Assembly (NCBI RefSeq): GCF_000315625.1
Contig: NW_005434662.1
Location: 83,252-147,251, forward strand
Direction: 5' to 3'
From: Guillardia theta CCMP2712
Lineage: Eukaryota; Protista; Cryptophyta
Length of the DNA: 64,000 bases
Shown: piece after piece, positions 1-11,177 of the stretch
Numbering within the stretch: position 1 is the first letter of the stretch
Layout of the letters: each line of letters opens with the position of its first letter
The notes under the pieces: model-generated
The model's database searches: none
What the model was told of the DNA's origin: nothing
Seen by the model: the letters and a program-made list of their open reading frames with translations, nothing else
Made by a program: the position numbers and the translations under genes

Positions 1-699
1 TTCCTGTTGTTTGACTTGTTCGGACCTGTCATCTCATCAGTTCTTTGACACGTGGACCCACTTCAAAGTTGAACTTGTGTTGTTGTTTTATTCTTTGCCT
101 TCAACACCATCGCCTCCAGCATCATCTCCATCTCCTTCATCATCTTCATCATCTCCTCCCCCTCCTCATCATCATCATCATCTCTCGTGTTTGTCTCATT
201 CTCGTTTTCCTCCGCATCTTTCATCTCATTTCTCTTCTCAGAGGCCACGCATGGTCAGCCTCCCAACCTGTCCAGCGAAGACAAGGTACCATCCCGCCCT
301 CGCCCTCGCCCTCGCCCTTGTTGTCGTCCGCCTCATCCTTGTGCTGCTGCTGCTGCTGCCTTACCTCTCACGTGCTTGCAGAAGTTTTCGCGTGCTGGTC
401 TCAATCGAGCCCTGATGAGGAAGAGCGTGCGGGTGAGAACCTTCTCCTTCCCTGTTCCTCTCCTCGTCCTCTCCTCCTCCCCTGCTCCGCTCACCCGTTG
501 CCGCAGATCAAGGTCTCCTCTGCAACTCCCACCCTCCTCCCCAGCCTCAACTGAGACCAAGCTCCGCCGCCAGCTCCTCCTCCTGCGCTTGCCCTACTTG
601 TTTGCTATGAATGTGTGTCGTACAATAAATCTCCTTGTTTGGTATGAATCCAGCTGAACTGACGGCACGTATGCTCTCCTCCTAACTTTCTCGTTTCTT

Positions 700-2185
700 C
701 CCCTCTACCTGCCGTGCTCTTGCCGTGCGATTTCCTGATCTCCCTGGACCCAGCCGTGATCCCGCAATATATTCCACTCCCCCAATCTCCCTCCTCTCCG
801 CTCCCTCTCTCCTCTCCTCGCTTCGCCAGTACTGTTTCCCCATGGCTGCTCCTCCTATGCTTGCCCTCCCCAGCATCCCTCCTCCTCCTCTCCCTGCCCG
901 AATTTCATCCGCGCACTTGGTTGGGTTCCCCGGGATTTCAAAACCATACTCCAAAAGGAGCTCCTGCTATTCTGTCACTTCTCTCCTCCCTCCTCTCCTT
1001 CCGTTCATCCTACCCCCATTATCTTCACAGCTCCTTCCCCTCCTCCTCCTCTCCCTCCCCTCCTTCTCTTCTACCCTTCCACTCCCGCCCTTCCCCTCCC
1101 CCCCACTCCCCCCCACTCCCCCCTCCTCCTCTCCTCACCAAGTTGCACTTGTTCCCATAGGAGACGAACACTTGCTCTCCCGGGCGGTACGACACGTCGC
1201 TCACAACCTCGAGGTGCGGACGACGCTGACTCCCCCACCTGATGTGTCCTGCTCCCTCTTCAGCTCTCTGCCAGCGTCCCTTTCTTCCTCCCTCAGTCCT
1301 CAGCCTCTCGCCTCCCCTCTTCCACCCCGGCTCTTCTCCCTCTCCCTCTCCCACTCTCCTTCCCCTCTTCACCTTCTTCACCTCCCTCCTTTCCCTCTCC
1401 CTCCACCATCCCTCTTCTCATTCTTCCTCTCCCTCCTCACCGGCACGAGGCTTGTGGTTCAGCAGCTCAGCAACTGGCGCCATCACCCACTTTGCTGGTC
1501 CGATCCACGTGCCATTTGGATAAAACTCGGGCTCCTCGAATCTCCGCATCAGCCACATCCTCGACAGGACAGCAGCGATGGCCCACAGGTAGTTGGAGTA
1601 ACCTGTGTCTTGCTGCGAGAAGATGTGCGGAAATTTGCGCGGCAATGGCGCGACTTCCGTCCTCCACAGCCTCTTATACATACTCCTCCTGTTCTCAACG
1701 AAGGAGCAGAGGGAGGAGTACTCCTCTCGCTCGCACGTCTCGTTCAACTTCTTGGGGCTCCACAGCACGGCTGGCCCGAGCTCATTCATCCCCGGGATGC
1801 CGCAGAGGAAGAAGTCCCAGCGCGAGCGGACCTTGGAGGAGAAGTAGAGGAGGAGGAGCGTGAGGCGGTCCAGCTCCTGCATGTCCTTCGTCCTCTTCCA
1901 CACGTCTTTGAGCGCTCCTCCGGCCGTCTCATAGGAGAAGAGGAGGGAGGGGGGCACGGAAACAATGACTTCTCCTCTGTCGATCTTCTTGGTCGCATAC
2001 ATGCCTCGCACGCCTCCTTCCCTCCTGACTTCCAGCTTGGGGAACTTGACCCCGGCCATCCTCGCTGCTGTGATGATCTCTTCATCCTTGCACCTCCTCT
2101 CTGACGTTGCTCGCGCTCTCCTCGACCCTATCACTGCTTGTTCTCCATCCCCTCCAAGCAAGTTCGACGTCACAACGAGCAGCAC
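700..2185 (-). CDS. SET-domain protein lysine/histidine methyltransferase (SETD3/Rubisco-LSMT class), multi-exon; both ends uncertain, may run to near position 30
   Basis: Exon 1418-2185 has RGMYATKKIDRGEVIVSVP, YLWAIAAVLSR and MAPVAELLNH. The next exons give YRPGEQVFVSYGNK (~1142-1240) and ELLLEYGF (~940-965). These are the motifs of the SETD3/LSMT class. Confidence 0.85.
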
Positions 2186-2617
2186 AACGAAGGCGACGAG
2201 GGACTGCAGAAAGTCCGCGTAAGAAGAGTGAAGGAGCGATGAGGAGAGGGAGTGATGCTGAGATAGAACGGGAGATGGAGACTAGAACAGGAGGGAATGA
2301 GCAGTAGGGTAAACATGGCATGGATCCTGTTGCATCTACGTCTCTTCCCTGGTATCGACATCATCGAACACCCACCGTCCAGCACTTTTTCACCTCTCTC
2401 CACTTGGAGCATATGTAAAGTTATGTTTCTCCCACCACTGCTTGCTCTTTGTCGCTCAGATCCAGTACCTTGTAATACACTGCTTCCTGGTGTTCCTAAT
2501 TTCTCCCTGTTTTTTGCTCTCCACTTCTTCTGACTCGTCATGGCATACATTGTAATTTATTCCCCTCCGCCCTCCCTCTCCCTTCTCCCTCCCCTCCCCT
2601 CCCCTCCCCTCCCCTCC

Positions 2618-2684
2618 CCTCTGCTCTGCTCTGCTCTGCTCTGCTCTGCTCTGCTCTGCTCTGCTCTGCTCTGCTCTGCTCTGC
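2618..2684. repeat. (CTCTG)n microsatellite preceded by (CTCCC)n
   Basis: Direct tandem pentanucleotide repeat, about 13 copies. Confidence 0.95.
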
Positions 2685-2794
2685 TTGTTCATCTCACCGC
2701 CATCATCGGCCATGTCGGCTGTCGGCGCCTCCCGAACTTCATTTTCTCATACAGATGGTTCTGCAACGGTTTGTAACCGCCAATCAATAAGCTT

Positions 2795-3745
2795 GACTCG
2801 TTGCTCACTGCCGTACTGCGCCGCGGCGGCCCGGGCCCGGTCCGAGCACTGCGCGCGCCACGCGGCCCGCGGTCGGATCGGACTCCCGGTGACCCGGGCG
2901 TCCCCGGAGTCCGACAGTCACCGTGTCACATCATGCCGGGCGCGGCCCCACTCCGGGCGCGGGAGCGGGGCCTCCCCCCGGGCCCCGGGACTCGCCGGAG
3001 GGCGGGCGGGCGCTCCCGAGCATGCCAGCCTGGCCCAGTACCCCGGAACTGGGCCCGGCCCGGCACCGGGGCTTCAACTGGCCCCCCGGCGGCGCGACTT
3101 GGCCCGTTGAAGCTCCGACTCGACTCGGCGCCGTGACGGTTCGGACCGTACGGTGCCAGGGCATTTACTCAAATCATTGCCATCGGAATGGACTCGAATA
3201 CCGTTTACGTTTGCCAAATTCAGGCCCCGGCGCCATGGCATAGTAGGCGGCGCATGCCAGCCTGAACCACTGAGCCGCGCCTCGGCCCCGAGTTAGTGCC
3301 GCAGTGCCGTCACGTCCGAGTCTTTGAACCGTTCGGATGCCAGTGAGCAAATTGGTTGTGGCAGCCCGGCAATGAGCCACTGCTAAAGAGACCGGCCGCA
3401 TCATGGTGCACGGTGCCTGCGGCACCCCAGCCGGGCGCGCCCGCCCTGCCCGCCCTGCCCGCCCTGCCGCATCATGGCAGGCCGTACTCGCCGGTAGTAC
3501 GGTCGGCGTATCACCGTTCGGTCGCCCCCGCGGTGACTCGCTGGGATCGGCACTGATGATGTCGGACCGTGCGGGCGAGCTTCTTCAGGAGCCTGACCGG
3601 GTACCTCCGAGATTTCATGAGCAGCGATGATCCGATTGTCGGACGGTTCGCACTTCGGAATGCCGCTTAGCCTGACTCCGACTGAGCCTCGGAGGCCGCG
3701 CTCGGAGGCCGCGCTCGGAGGCTCTTTCACTCAGGCCGCTGTCAC
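2795..3745. repeat. GC/palindrome-rich intergenic island 1
   Basis: Very high GC, dense CCGG/GGCC/GTAC/TGACTC words, local duplications (GCCCGCCCT x3, GGCCGCGCTCGGA x2), no credible ORF. Confidence 0.6.
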
Positions 3746-3792
3746 AGTGTTGAACATCGACTGCCAGTTTCCCTGGCTGATGCCATATGACT

Positions 3793-4527
3793 TCAAGAGC
3801 ACTGAGAAATGAATTGTGCATACTGACGAAGAAATCTTGTACGACTCTTGACTTGAAAGACAGTGAACAGAAATATGCAGAACACGTACAATATTGTTGA
3901 GAAGGTCAAACCTTCGAGCTCAGTTGCCCACGACTGAGGATTCTTATGTATCACGATCCTCGAAAAGTGACCGGCATATGCCAAGACACCGATGAGAATC
4001 ATCTGCTCCTTATACGAGTCCAAGGTCACAGAGAAAGCGAACGTGAGGATCAAAGAGCTAATCTTCGCACGTTCAATGTGCATATCCATGAATATCAGTT
4101 CCGCCAAGAAGAACAAGAATCTGATGTGTATAGCCCTCCTGACAAAGACTGCTACCCGAATTCTTTGCTTCTCCGACATACGAGAAGACATGGAGAGCAC
4201 TACCCATAGGCCGATCAGAACTGACAGACGTAGAATGAACATGTAGTCGTCAAAGTTGCTGATGCCTTTCTCGTGGTGCCGCACTATCAAAACACCAAGA
4301 TGGTATGCTGTCGATATGCCCAGAGTCATGGTCGAACCTACATTGTCGATGCAAATAATGGATTGAAGGAAATGCTCGTGGTACTTCTTTTCGACCGCCG
4401 GCTGTCTGAAAGGCGCTGCATCTTGTAGCGTGCTTGTGATGAGATCTACCGCCTTTAGCCATGGTTGGCCAAGTGTTTGTTCTTTGTTGCCAAGTGTTTG
4501 TTCTTTGTTGTTTTCCTTCATGTCCAT
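3793..4527 (-). CDS. Uncharacterised multi-pass membrane protein, apparently intronless
   Basis: Open frame with about 5-6 hydrophobic segments. First ATG at 4527 (MDMKENN). A 21-bp tandem duplication encodes NKEQTLG twice. Confidence 0.65.
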   Translation of the reverse strand: MDMKENNKEQTLGNKEQTLGQPWLKAVDLITSTLQDAAPFRQPAVEKKYHEHFLQSIICIDNVGSTMTLGISTAYHLGVLIVRHHEKGISNFDDYMFILRLSVLIGLWVVLSMSSRMSEKQRIRVAVFVRRAIHIRFLFFLAELIFMDMHIERAKISSLILTFAFSVTLDSYKEQMILIGVLAYAGHFSRIVIHKNPQSWATELEGLTFSTILYVFCIFLFTVFQVKSRTRFLRQYAQFISQCS

Positions 4528-4869
4528 GTAAAACGATGAACAGGCCAAAACAGGAATCCCTTCAGAGGGTCATCTTGGCAACTAGCGTCAGATATTCTTT
4601 CTCTCTCTTCAGGTCGCCGTGTCCACTTCACCGCCTGCTATCGGAATGATCGCTGAGCAACTCAATGACGCTCCTGATATCGGATGATTCGCTGCAGCAA
4701 CCTGCTCCTCTCCTAGCAATACTCGCACATGCCTGGATGCTTGTCGCTCCTCGTCTTCTACAGATCTCTGACCATCCTCGTCCCCGGAGCCGATCACGTT
4801 ACCGCTCACGTCACCCCAACAACCCCACCACCGTCTATTCCAGCCTTAACCACCCGGGGTGTGACCTAA

Positions 4870-5415
4870 TGGCCATGACTCGATGACTAGGTTTAACGGT
4901 CACGAGGAGTCCGGCGTGCTGATCTGATGGCCACCGTCCGTCGGTGACTAGCCGGAAGGAAAAACTCAGGACAATCGCCGGTCCGACTCGACCTTCATCA
5001 TGGAACTTCCCGGAACTTAGCCCATGCCGTGCTCCGCCACCCCGGGCGCGGCCCGGCCAGCCTCCCGGCACTGATTGATCCGCTGACTCAGCAGTGCCAC
5101 TGCGGCCGGCGGGGCCGGGGGTCACTGTCGGCACTGTGGGTCGGGACCGTCCGGGCCGACGGTACGGTCACCGGGTCCGAGTCCGAGCCGGCCGCGCGCC
5201 GATCGGGATGATCCGCGGCCGGGCCGCGCCGACCGTCGGCGCCGGGCGGCGGCCCAGCCGCAGTCACGCCGCCGAGCAGAGTCAGTCCGACACGGCCGAG
5301 CAGAGTCAGTCACGGCCACGCCGCCGCCGCCGGGTTCCGAGTTCAAGCCCGCGGCCGTCAGCGGCCAGGGCCCGGGGCCCGGGCCGGGCAGCCGGCGGGC
5401 GGCCGCAGTACCGTG
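4870..5415. repeat. GC/palindrome-rich intergenic island 2
   Basis: Same vocabulary as island 1; GCCGAGCAGAGTCAGTC duplicated at ~5271 and ~5295. Confidence 0.6.
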
Positions 5416-5416
5416 A

Positions 5417-5470
5417 TAACTTAACTTTGAGGCGTAGTAAAAGATGACAGTATTACTCAAAGTTAAGTTA
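5417..5470. repeat. Perfect 15-bp inverted repeat with 24-nt spacer
   Basis: TAACTTAACTTTGAG (5417-5431) is the exact reverse complement of CTCAAAGTTAAGTTA (5456-5470). Confidence 0.9.
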
Positions 5471-5539
5471 AAGAACAGTACCGAGGACTATACGTCACAG
5501 GGAGAAGACGAGGCCGCGGGAAGCGACTTTCGATCCAAG

Positions 5540-5960
5540 TGGTAGGTAGGGTGGTCAAGTTGGGTTATGAGCCCGTAGTTGACAGGAATATTACGGGGTG
5601 GGGTACTTTTTGCAAGACCCCCCAACGGCGGAGGTGTTTGGTACCATACCTGAGTGAAGGTCGGAAGAAGTTTAGAGGTAGGGGTATGTGCATGACTGAC
5701 AAATGAGGGGTACTAAGTAGTTTCGGAAAGGGTGGCTTCCTACTTCTGAAAGGGTCAGAAAGATTTTCAGGGTAGGGGTGGATATGCATAGCCAAAGGCG
5801 GTATGGGTGGGGTGTTGGGGAAAGGGGGTAGTAGGGCATTGGTAAGGAATATCGCGGGGTGGTAGGGTTGGAGCGTTTGATCCACCCTGTCGGTGTGAAA
5901 GAGGCAGAGGGACCGGTGGTGATGACCATGCTGGGGTGGGTTTATTCTAGGGGTGGGTTT
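5540..5960 (+). other. GGGT-polarised intergenic tract
   Basis: About 15 (A/G)GGGT words on the + strand separated by unique spacers; upstream of the kinase gene. Confidence 0.6.
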
Positions 5961-6365
5961 CATGAAGATAGAGTCGATTTCCTCGTTTGGATATGTCCGA
6001 GAACAAGGGTAGAAAAGAAGAGAAGGAGAGCGGAAGAGAACGTAAGGAGAGCAGAAGAGAAGGAGGAGGAGGAGAGAGGTAGAGCGAGAGAGGAGAGGAG
6101 AGGAGGAGAAGGAGGGACCACCAGAACGAGGGTGGGAGGGAATACTGGGTCGCTACAGGTTAAACCATGAAAATAGAACCAGATGAACTTATTTGATGTC
6201 AGTTTATCAGTAGAAAGAGAACAATACAGATATAGTCGGGAGCGGGGCCGGCAGGGGGCAGGTGGTGGACAAGCATAAATAAGAAAATTCTCATCGGCGA
6301 ATTGGAATTCTCCTGAGTAACAGGGTGGAAAAGAGAGCAGAGGGATCGTTCTGTGCTCTGGCAGC

Positions 6366-7986
6366 ATGACAGGATACGAAGAGCGAAGTGCATCCAACTC
6401 GATTTCAAGTTCACATTCAATGCCATCGCAGCATCATACGCCAGCTGTTGATGAGTACAAGCACATACAGATGTTGTTCAAGGACCAAGACACAACTGAA
6501 GGCTCAGTGAAAAGCGAGAGGGACCTGGAAATAAGTATCAGACAAGATACTCCTGTTGGACCGCAGGCCACTGAAATCACGGAGACATGTTCTCAGGAGC
6601 AGAGAATCCCTTCTCTGCAGGGGACGGACTTGTCTGGCTCAGGCCATCCACTGCGTGCTTATCCCTTACATCATGTGAAGCAAATAATCCCCCCATCAAA
6701 GCAGACTGCTGCTGCCTTGCAAGTAAGCTCATCCTGGTCGTCGAATCCCGGTCGCAACACTGCGGGGTTGGCCAATGGCAACTCGTTTGTGAGCTCAGGA
6801 AGCTCGAAGGGGAGATCCGTGCAGGGGTACGCGTTTGAGGACATGTCGTTTGACAGGTATTCCACCAAGTCCACGTCGAACTGCTTCTCGGCATTTCTAT
6901 TCAGGAGGAAACAAAACACTTCAAGATTGAACCTCGGGTTGTCGGCACCTCCCAGACACAGTGTTTCGCTTCACGGTGCTGTTCATGAATCATTCGATGA
7001 TGGAGCTTCGGATGCGGGCACGCTCGAATTGTATTCTAACGACATCAATTGGATATGCAGAACACGATCTGTGGGGGTGAGCTTCTTTTGCTGGTGTTGT
7101 ACATATGCTTGTCTGACATTGTATTCTGCAGCTTTGTGAAGTGCATCGAGTTATTGTCAAAGGGCAACAAATGATTGCCAAAGTGCCAAAAGCGAGGCTC
7201 CCTTTTGAGCTTTCATTGCGCGCACAGGCAGACATTCACAACGAAGCCAAGCTCATCTCGACAATCCCTCCCCACAGAAACATCGTACAATTCCAAGGGT
7301 TCATTAACGACGAGTTGGCAGGGCAGCGTCCAGTTGTCCTCACAGAGATGGTTTCGATGACAAGTCTTGCAGACTTCCTGCAGGAGCGACAGACCCTCTA
7401 CGGCGAAGGTCAATGGAGGCCCAATCGAATGGTCTCTCTGGGATGGTGTATCGGGATGGAAAAGGGCCTTGCATTCTTGCACAGTCGCCAGCCCCCTTTG
7501 ATCCACAGTGATCTGAAACCAGCAAATCTGATCCTCTCTGAAGACCTGACCAACATCAAGATCGCCGACTTTGGCCTCGGCTCATCGGTAGATCACTCGG
7601 AAGCTCGGGATCCCAGTGTGTGGGAGAGACAGCGAAACTTTGGCACGGGGACGTACCGTTACATGGCACCTGAGCTTGCCGATCGCGCTTGTGCTCCCAA
7701 TGAGCAGACAGACGTGTACAGCAGTGCGATCATCATGTGGGAGATCTGCACGGGCATGATGGCGTTCTCTCATGCCATCCACCTGCTGGCCGATGAGAAT
7801 GTGAGGAAATTTCTTCGACCTCCTGTTGATAGGATTGGATGGGTGCCGCTGATCAACGTGATTGAAGCTGCTTGGCATCAGGAGCCCTCTCGACGTCCGA
7901 CAGCCTCAATGATTTGCGATCAACTTCAAGGGCTGATCAAGCAAAGCCAGACTCGCTTTCAGAGGTTTCGATCTTGTTTCTTGTAA
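6366..7986 (+). CDS. Tyrosine-kinase-like (TKL) protein kinase, two exons (intron 7077-7131)
   Basis: IAKVPK, HNEAKLISTIPPHRNIVQF, HSDLKPAN, IKIADFG, GTYRYMAPE, DVYS, RRPTA. A phase-0 GT-AG intron joins ORFs 6366 and 7141 in frame. Confidence 0.9.
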
Positions 7987-8133
7987 ATCGGCAGGTATCT
8001 TCTGATGAGTAGCGGTGTATTCCTGTCTGTGCGTTATCTTTTTTGTCCAAGCCAGGAAGTTTGTAGATTAGTACAGCGAAAAAAAAGTGACTTTTCATCG
8101 TCTGTATTGTTACACGCACACTAGTTTAAAAAT

Positions 8134-8685
8134 TCACGCTCTCCAAAACTTGTTCATGTACTTACGTGCCCTCATGAAAATCTCCACTCTCCGAGATGGA
8201 GCAAAGTCTCGCAGATACAAAGCTGTCCCCTTCTGCGAGAGCGCTACAGGTATCGCTCTGTCAGACAGCCCTTCCTCATCCCACGCGTCGCAACTGCAAC
8301 AACATGTGAATGTCCAAAATTCAGGGCAAGCCTTCGTACCATGCTTGTGATGTACAGCAAGGCAACGGCACAAGTTGACAGCAGAAAGTTCCCTCCACAG
8401 GCTGATATGGTTCCTGTAGGGCTGGATCTGGTGACAAAACCTACAGAAAAAGTCAGGTGTAACATACAAAGCTTGCGAGTCTGTGGTGAAAACAGTGGTG
8501 CATGGCACCCCGGACAAGTCACCCCATACATATGCCTGTTGCGCAACAGCGATTGGCTCTTTGTCATTTCTTCTCACCTGAAGTTTCTCTCCTCGTCCTC
8601 CTCTCCAAGTTACAACCGTAATAGCCATCATCAGTGCCACCGCCAATGTCGCTGCCACCATCGTCGCTCCGTATTTCGCCTTCAT
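8134..8685 (-). CDS. Small uncharacterised protein with N-terminal signal anchor
   Basis: MKAKYGATMVAATLAVALMMAITVVTW hydrophobic N-terminus; frame open to 8134; probable short in-frame introns. Confidence 0.5.
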   Translation of the reverse strand: MKAKYGATMVAATLAVALMMAITVVTWRGGRGEKLQVRRNDKEPIAVAQQAYVWGDLSGVPCTTVFTTDSQALYVTPDFFCRFCHQIQPYRNHISLWRELSAVNLCRCLAVHHKHGTKACPEFWTFTCCCSCDAWDEEGLSDRAIPVALSQKGTALYLRDFAPSRRVEIFMRARKYMNKFWRA

Positions 8686-8889
8686 CTCGCCCCTTCGCAC
8701 TCGCCGTCTAGAGTGCTTTCCGGCAATTGCAACGGTTACAACATCGTTGAATGTCCGCCTTTGACGGACTTCTCTCTGGTACCCACCCCTGGAAATGTAG
8801 GACAAACTACCCCTTTGAAATCGTTCTCGCACCACCCACCCACAGCCAAAGCTCAGAGGCTGATGGTGAAAACTCAGAAGGAGGTGTAG

Positions 8890-9360
8890 CCGAGCTGGGG
8901 GGGTAGGGGGGTCTTTGCGGAATCACGAATATGGGTAGGGTGATCAAACTGCTTTTCGAACTGGGGGTACTTTAAAAGAATTTGAGATGATATACACACC
9001 GGTCATCGTGCTATCTGAGGGGTGGACAAAATACATGAGGGACATACGGTAGGGTAGCCTTCAAATAGGGGTTGATGATGTCAACCAGTAAGGGTGGGGT
9101 TATCTTTCAATTGTGGGGTAATAACAAAAGAGCTCACAATGACTGAGGGGGTAGGGTAGAGTGGTTCAGGGTGGTGGAGTGAGAGAGGGTAGGGTACTTG
9201 TACAAGGCGAGGTGCCTCGGGAGTGTGGGTCTGATAGGGGAGTGCCCTCACTGCAGGGGGTGAACAACGATGAGGGTGGGGTGGAAAGAACCCCTCATGG
9301 TAACCAAGTAATCTCTTTGTGATGGGGGTAGGGTATTTTAGAAGGGGTGGGTGGGTCTCC
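8890..9360 (+). other. GGGT-polarised intergenic tract between divergent genes
   Basis: Dense GGGGT/AGGGT words on +; ACCC words immediately to the left (8780-8845). Confidence 0.6.
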
Positions 9361-9411
9361 TTGCGCGCTAGTTCCACACAGCTCATGCACAGCATCAGTT
9401 ATGTATCGTTA

Positions 9412-9412
9412 T

Positions 9413-9454
<42 letters not shown>

Positions 9455-9457
9455 CAA
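9412..9457. repeat. (CAG)n(CAA)n microsatellite
   Basis: Direct tandem repeat. Confidence 0.9.
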
Positions 9458-10025
9458 TTCTTCTTCATTGTTATGAATCCTCCTCCTCTTTCCCCATCCC
9501 TGTTGTCCTTCTCCCTCTCTTGATTGCCCTCTTCTATCACGCAGATTGTCAAATTTTCTCGTCCATTCGGGCGGCGGTCGGTTCTCGTCCCTTCCTATCC
9601 TCTGTGCTGTTCTTCCCACCCTCCTCCACATTTCACATAAAGTTGAAAGATCCCTCTTCCTCGATGCTTGTATAATGGCACGGCTCAAAATTTTGCGATA
9701 TTGCGCTCGCCCCAGGATGTTTCTTCTAATTTTCGCTCGCTTCGAATACAGCAGAAGTTTCTGACTGCGTCAGCTTTTAATCTTGATCTTCACTGATGCT
9801 TATGAGATTTTCCTTCACTCGTTGTGTTTGAGACGAGAATCATAGATACGCTCTCATTTTTTAGCCACAAGAATGGTTGCATGATAATGCATACTGCACA
9901 TTTTCATCAACCTGACATGTTCACGGTTGAGCATCACACTTTAGTTCTCCTCCTTCACAAACCGTCTTGAGGCCCATATGCTCAACAGAGGGTCTTGCTG
10001 ATTGCTCACCAATTTCTGCAGGACG

Positions 10026-10859
10026 ATGTCGGCGGCATTCTTTCCTCCAGTGACGGAAGCGTGGAAGAAGGCGCAGGTGAAGGACGGAGACGTACCTTGC
10101 ACAGCCTTCCTTGAGGCAGCTGAAGCCTTCATTCCCCTGTTTGGTGAGCAACTTTGATCAGCGTCCTCCTCGCTTCCTGGTCTCATCGTCGGTCGTGCTT
10201 TGTAGATCGTCTCGGAACTGTATTCAGCCCCGTCAAGAGCGATGTGGGAGGAAACGTTACCAAGCTCAAGGCGGCGCACGCCAAGAATCCCACGGCAAGC
10301 CTGAACAAGCTCATCTTGGACGAGGTTGCGGCGGGAAAGACCAAGGACAAGACCTCTGCCTCGATCGCTCTCCTCTGGTTCAAGAGGTACCTCCAAAGAT
10401 TCCCCGCCCCTCTACCTCTTGTTCTGCACTTCTTACATCTTGTTCTGGACTTCTTACTTTCGCATCCCCCTATCTGCTTGCGGCTGGTTTGCTTGTGATG
10501 TCGCTGTGCAGGGCGATGCAGTTCATCTTCTCCATGTTGAAGAAGGTTTCTGCTGGAGAGGACGCTAACAAGGCGGCGAAGAGTGCCTACGACGAGACTC
10601 TGTCGCACTATCATGGCTTCCTCGTCAAGAAGAGCTTCCAGGTGGCCCTCATGGCTGCTCCTGGCTCAGACTCTATGCTGAAGGCGCTCGGCAACGACAA
10701 GGTGGGCTGACGATGCTGCTGTGTGAGGACGGTGACGGTGAAGAGCAGGATCAGACTATGCGAGAGATGCAGGAATGGGTGTCCGCCGCCTCTCCCATCC
10801 TCGACTTCATCCACGAGTTTCTCGACAAAAACAATTTGGATGACAAATCGAAGGTTTAA
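10026..10859 (+). CDS. GLTP: Glycolipid transfer protein (GLTP-domain), 4 exons
   Basis: Spliced translation contains FLEAAEAFIPLFDRLGTVFSPVKSDVGGNVTKL, ALLWFKRAMQF, AYDETLSHYHGFLVKKSFQVAL and ends NLDDKSKV*. The sugar-recognition residues (D, N, K, W, H) are retained. Confidence 0.92.
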
Positions 10860-11177
10860 GTCTTGAAGGAGGAGAAGCGAAGCAGCATGCTGCTTCACTC
10901 CTGCCATGACGGTGATGGCGCTATGGGAAGGGAGGGGGCAGCAGACTCTTGCTTGGCCGGGACAGACTCTCCCCGAATGGCCTCTCTGTAATTTCATGTT
11001 TCTCTGTCAACAGCCCTTGGTGCAGATGATGCGCAAAAACAAAATTCTCTAGTCTTCAAGATAATCAAAAAGTTATGAATCCAAATTGTTCGAGGATCTC
11101 GTTATCTTCGCTTGTCTACTGTACAGTATAGTGAGGTTGAGGAAGTTAAGTTTCATCTATTCCAGCCTCATGTCCTG

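Noticed and set aside
725-2104. 459-aa Pro/Ser/Leu-rich + strand ORF
   Set aside because: Antisense to the SET gene and reads through CT-rich introns
5540-5960. Interstitial telomere repeat as an explanation for the GGGT tracts
   Set aside because: No tandem unit such as TTAGGG or TTTAGGG; spacers are unique
10702-10727. Ultra-short 26-nt intron in GLTP
   Set aside because: A canonical CAG acceptor at 10748 gives an in-frame 47-nt intron typical of this genome
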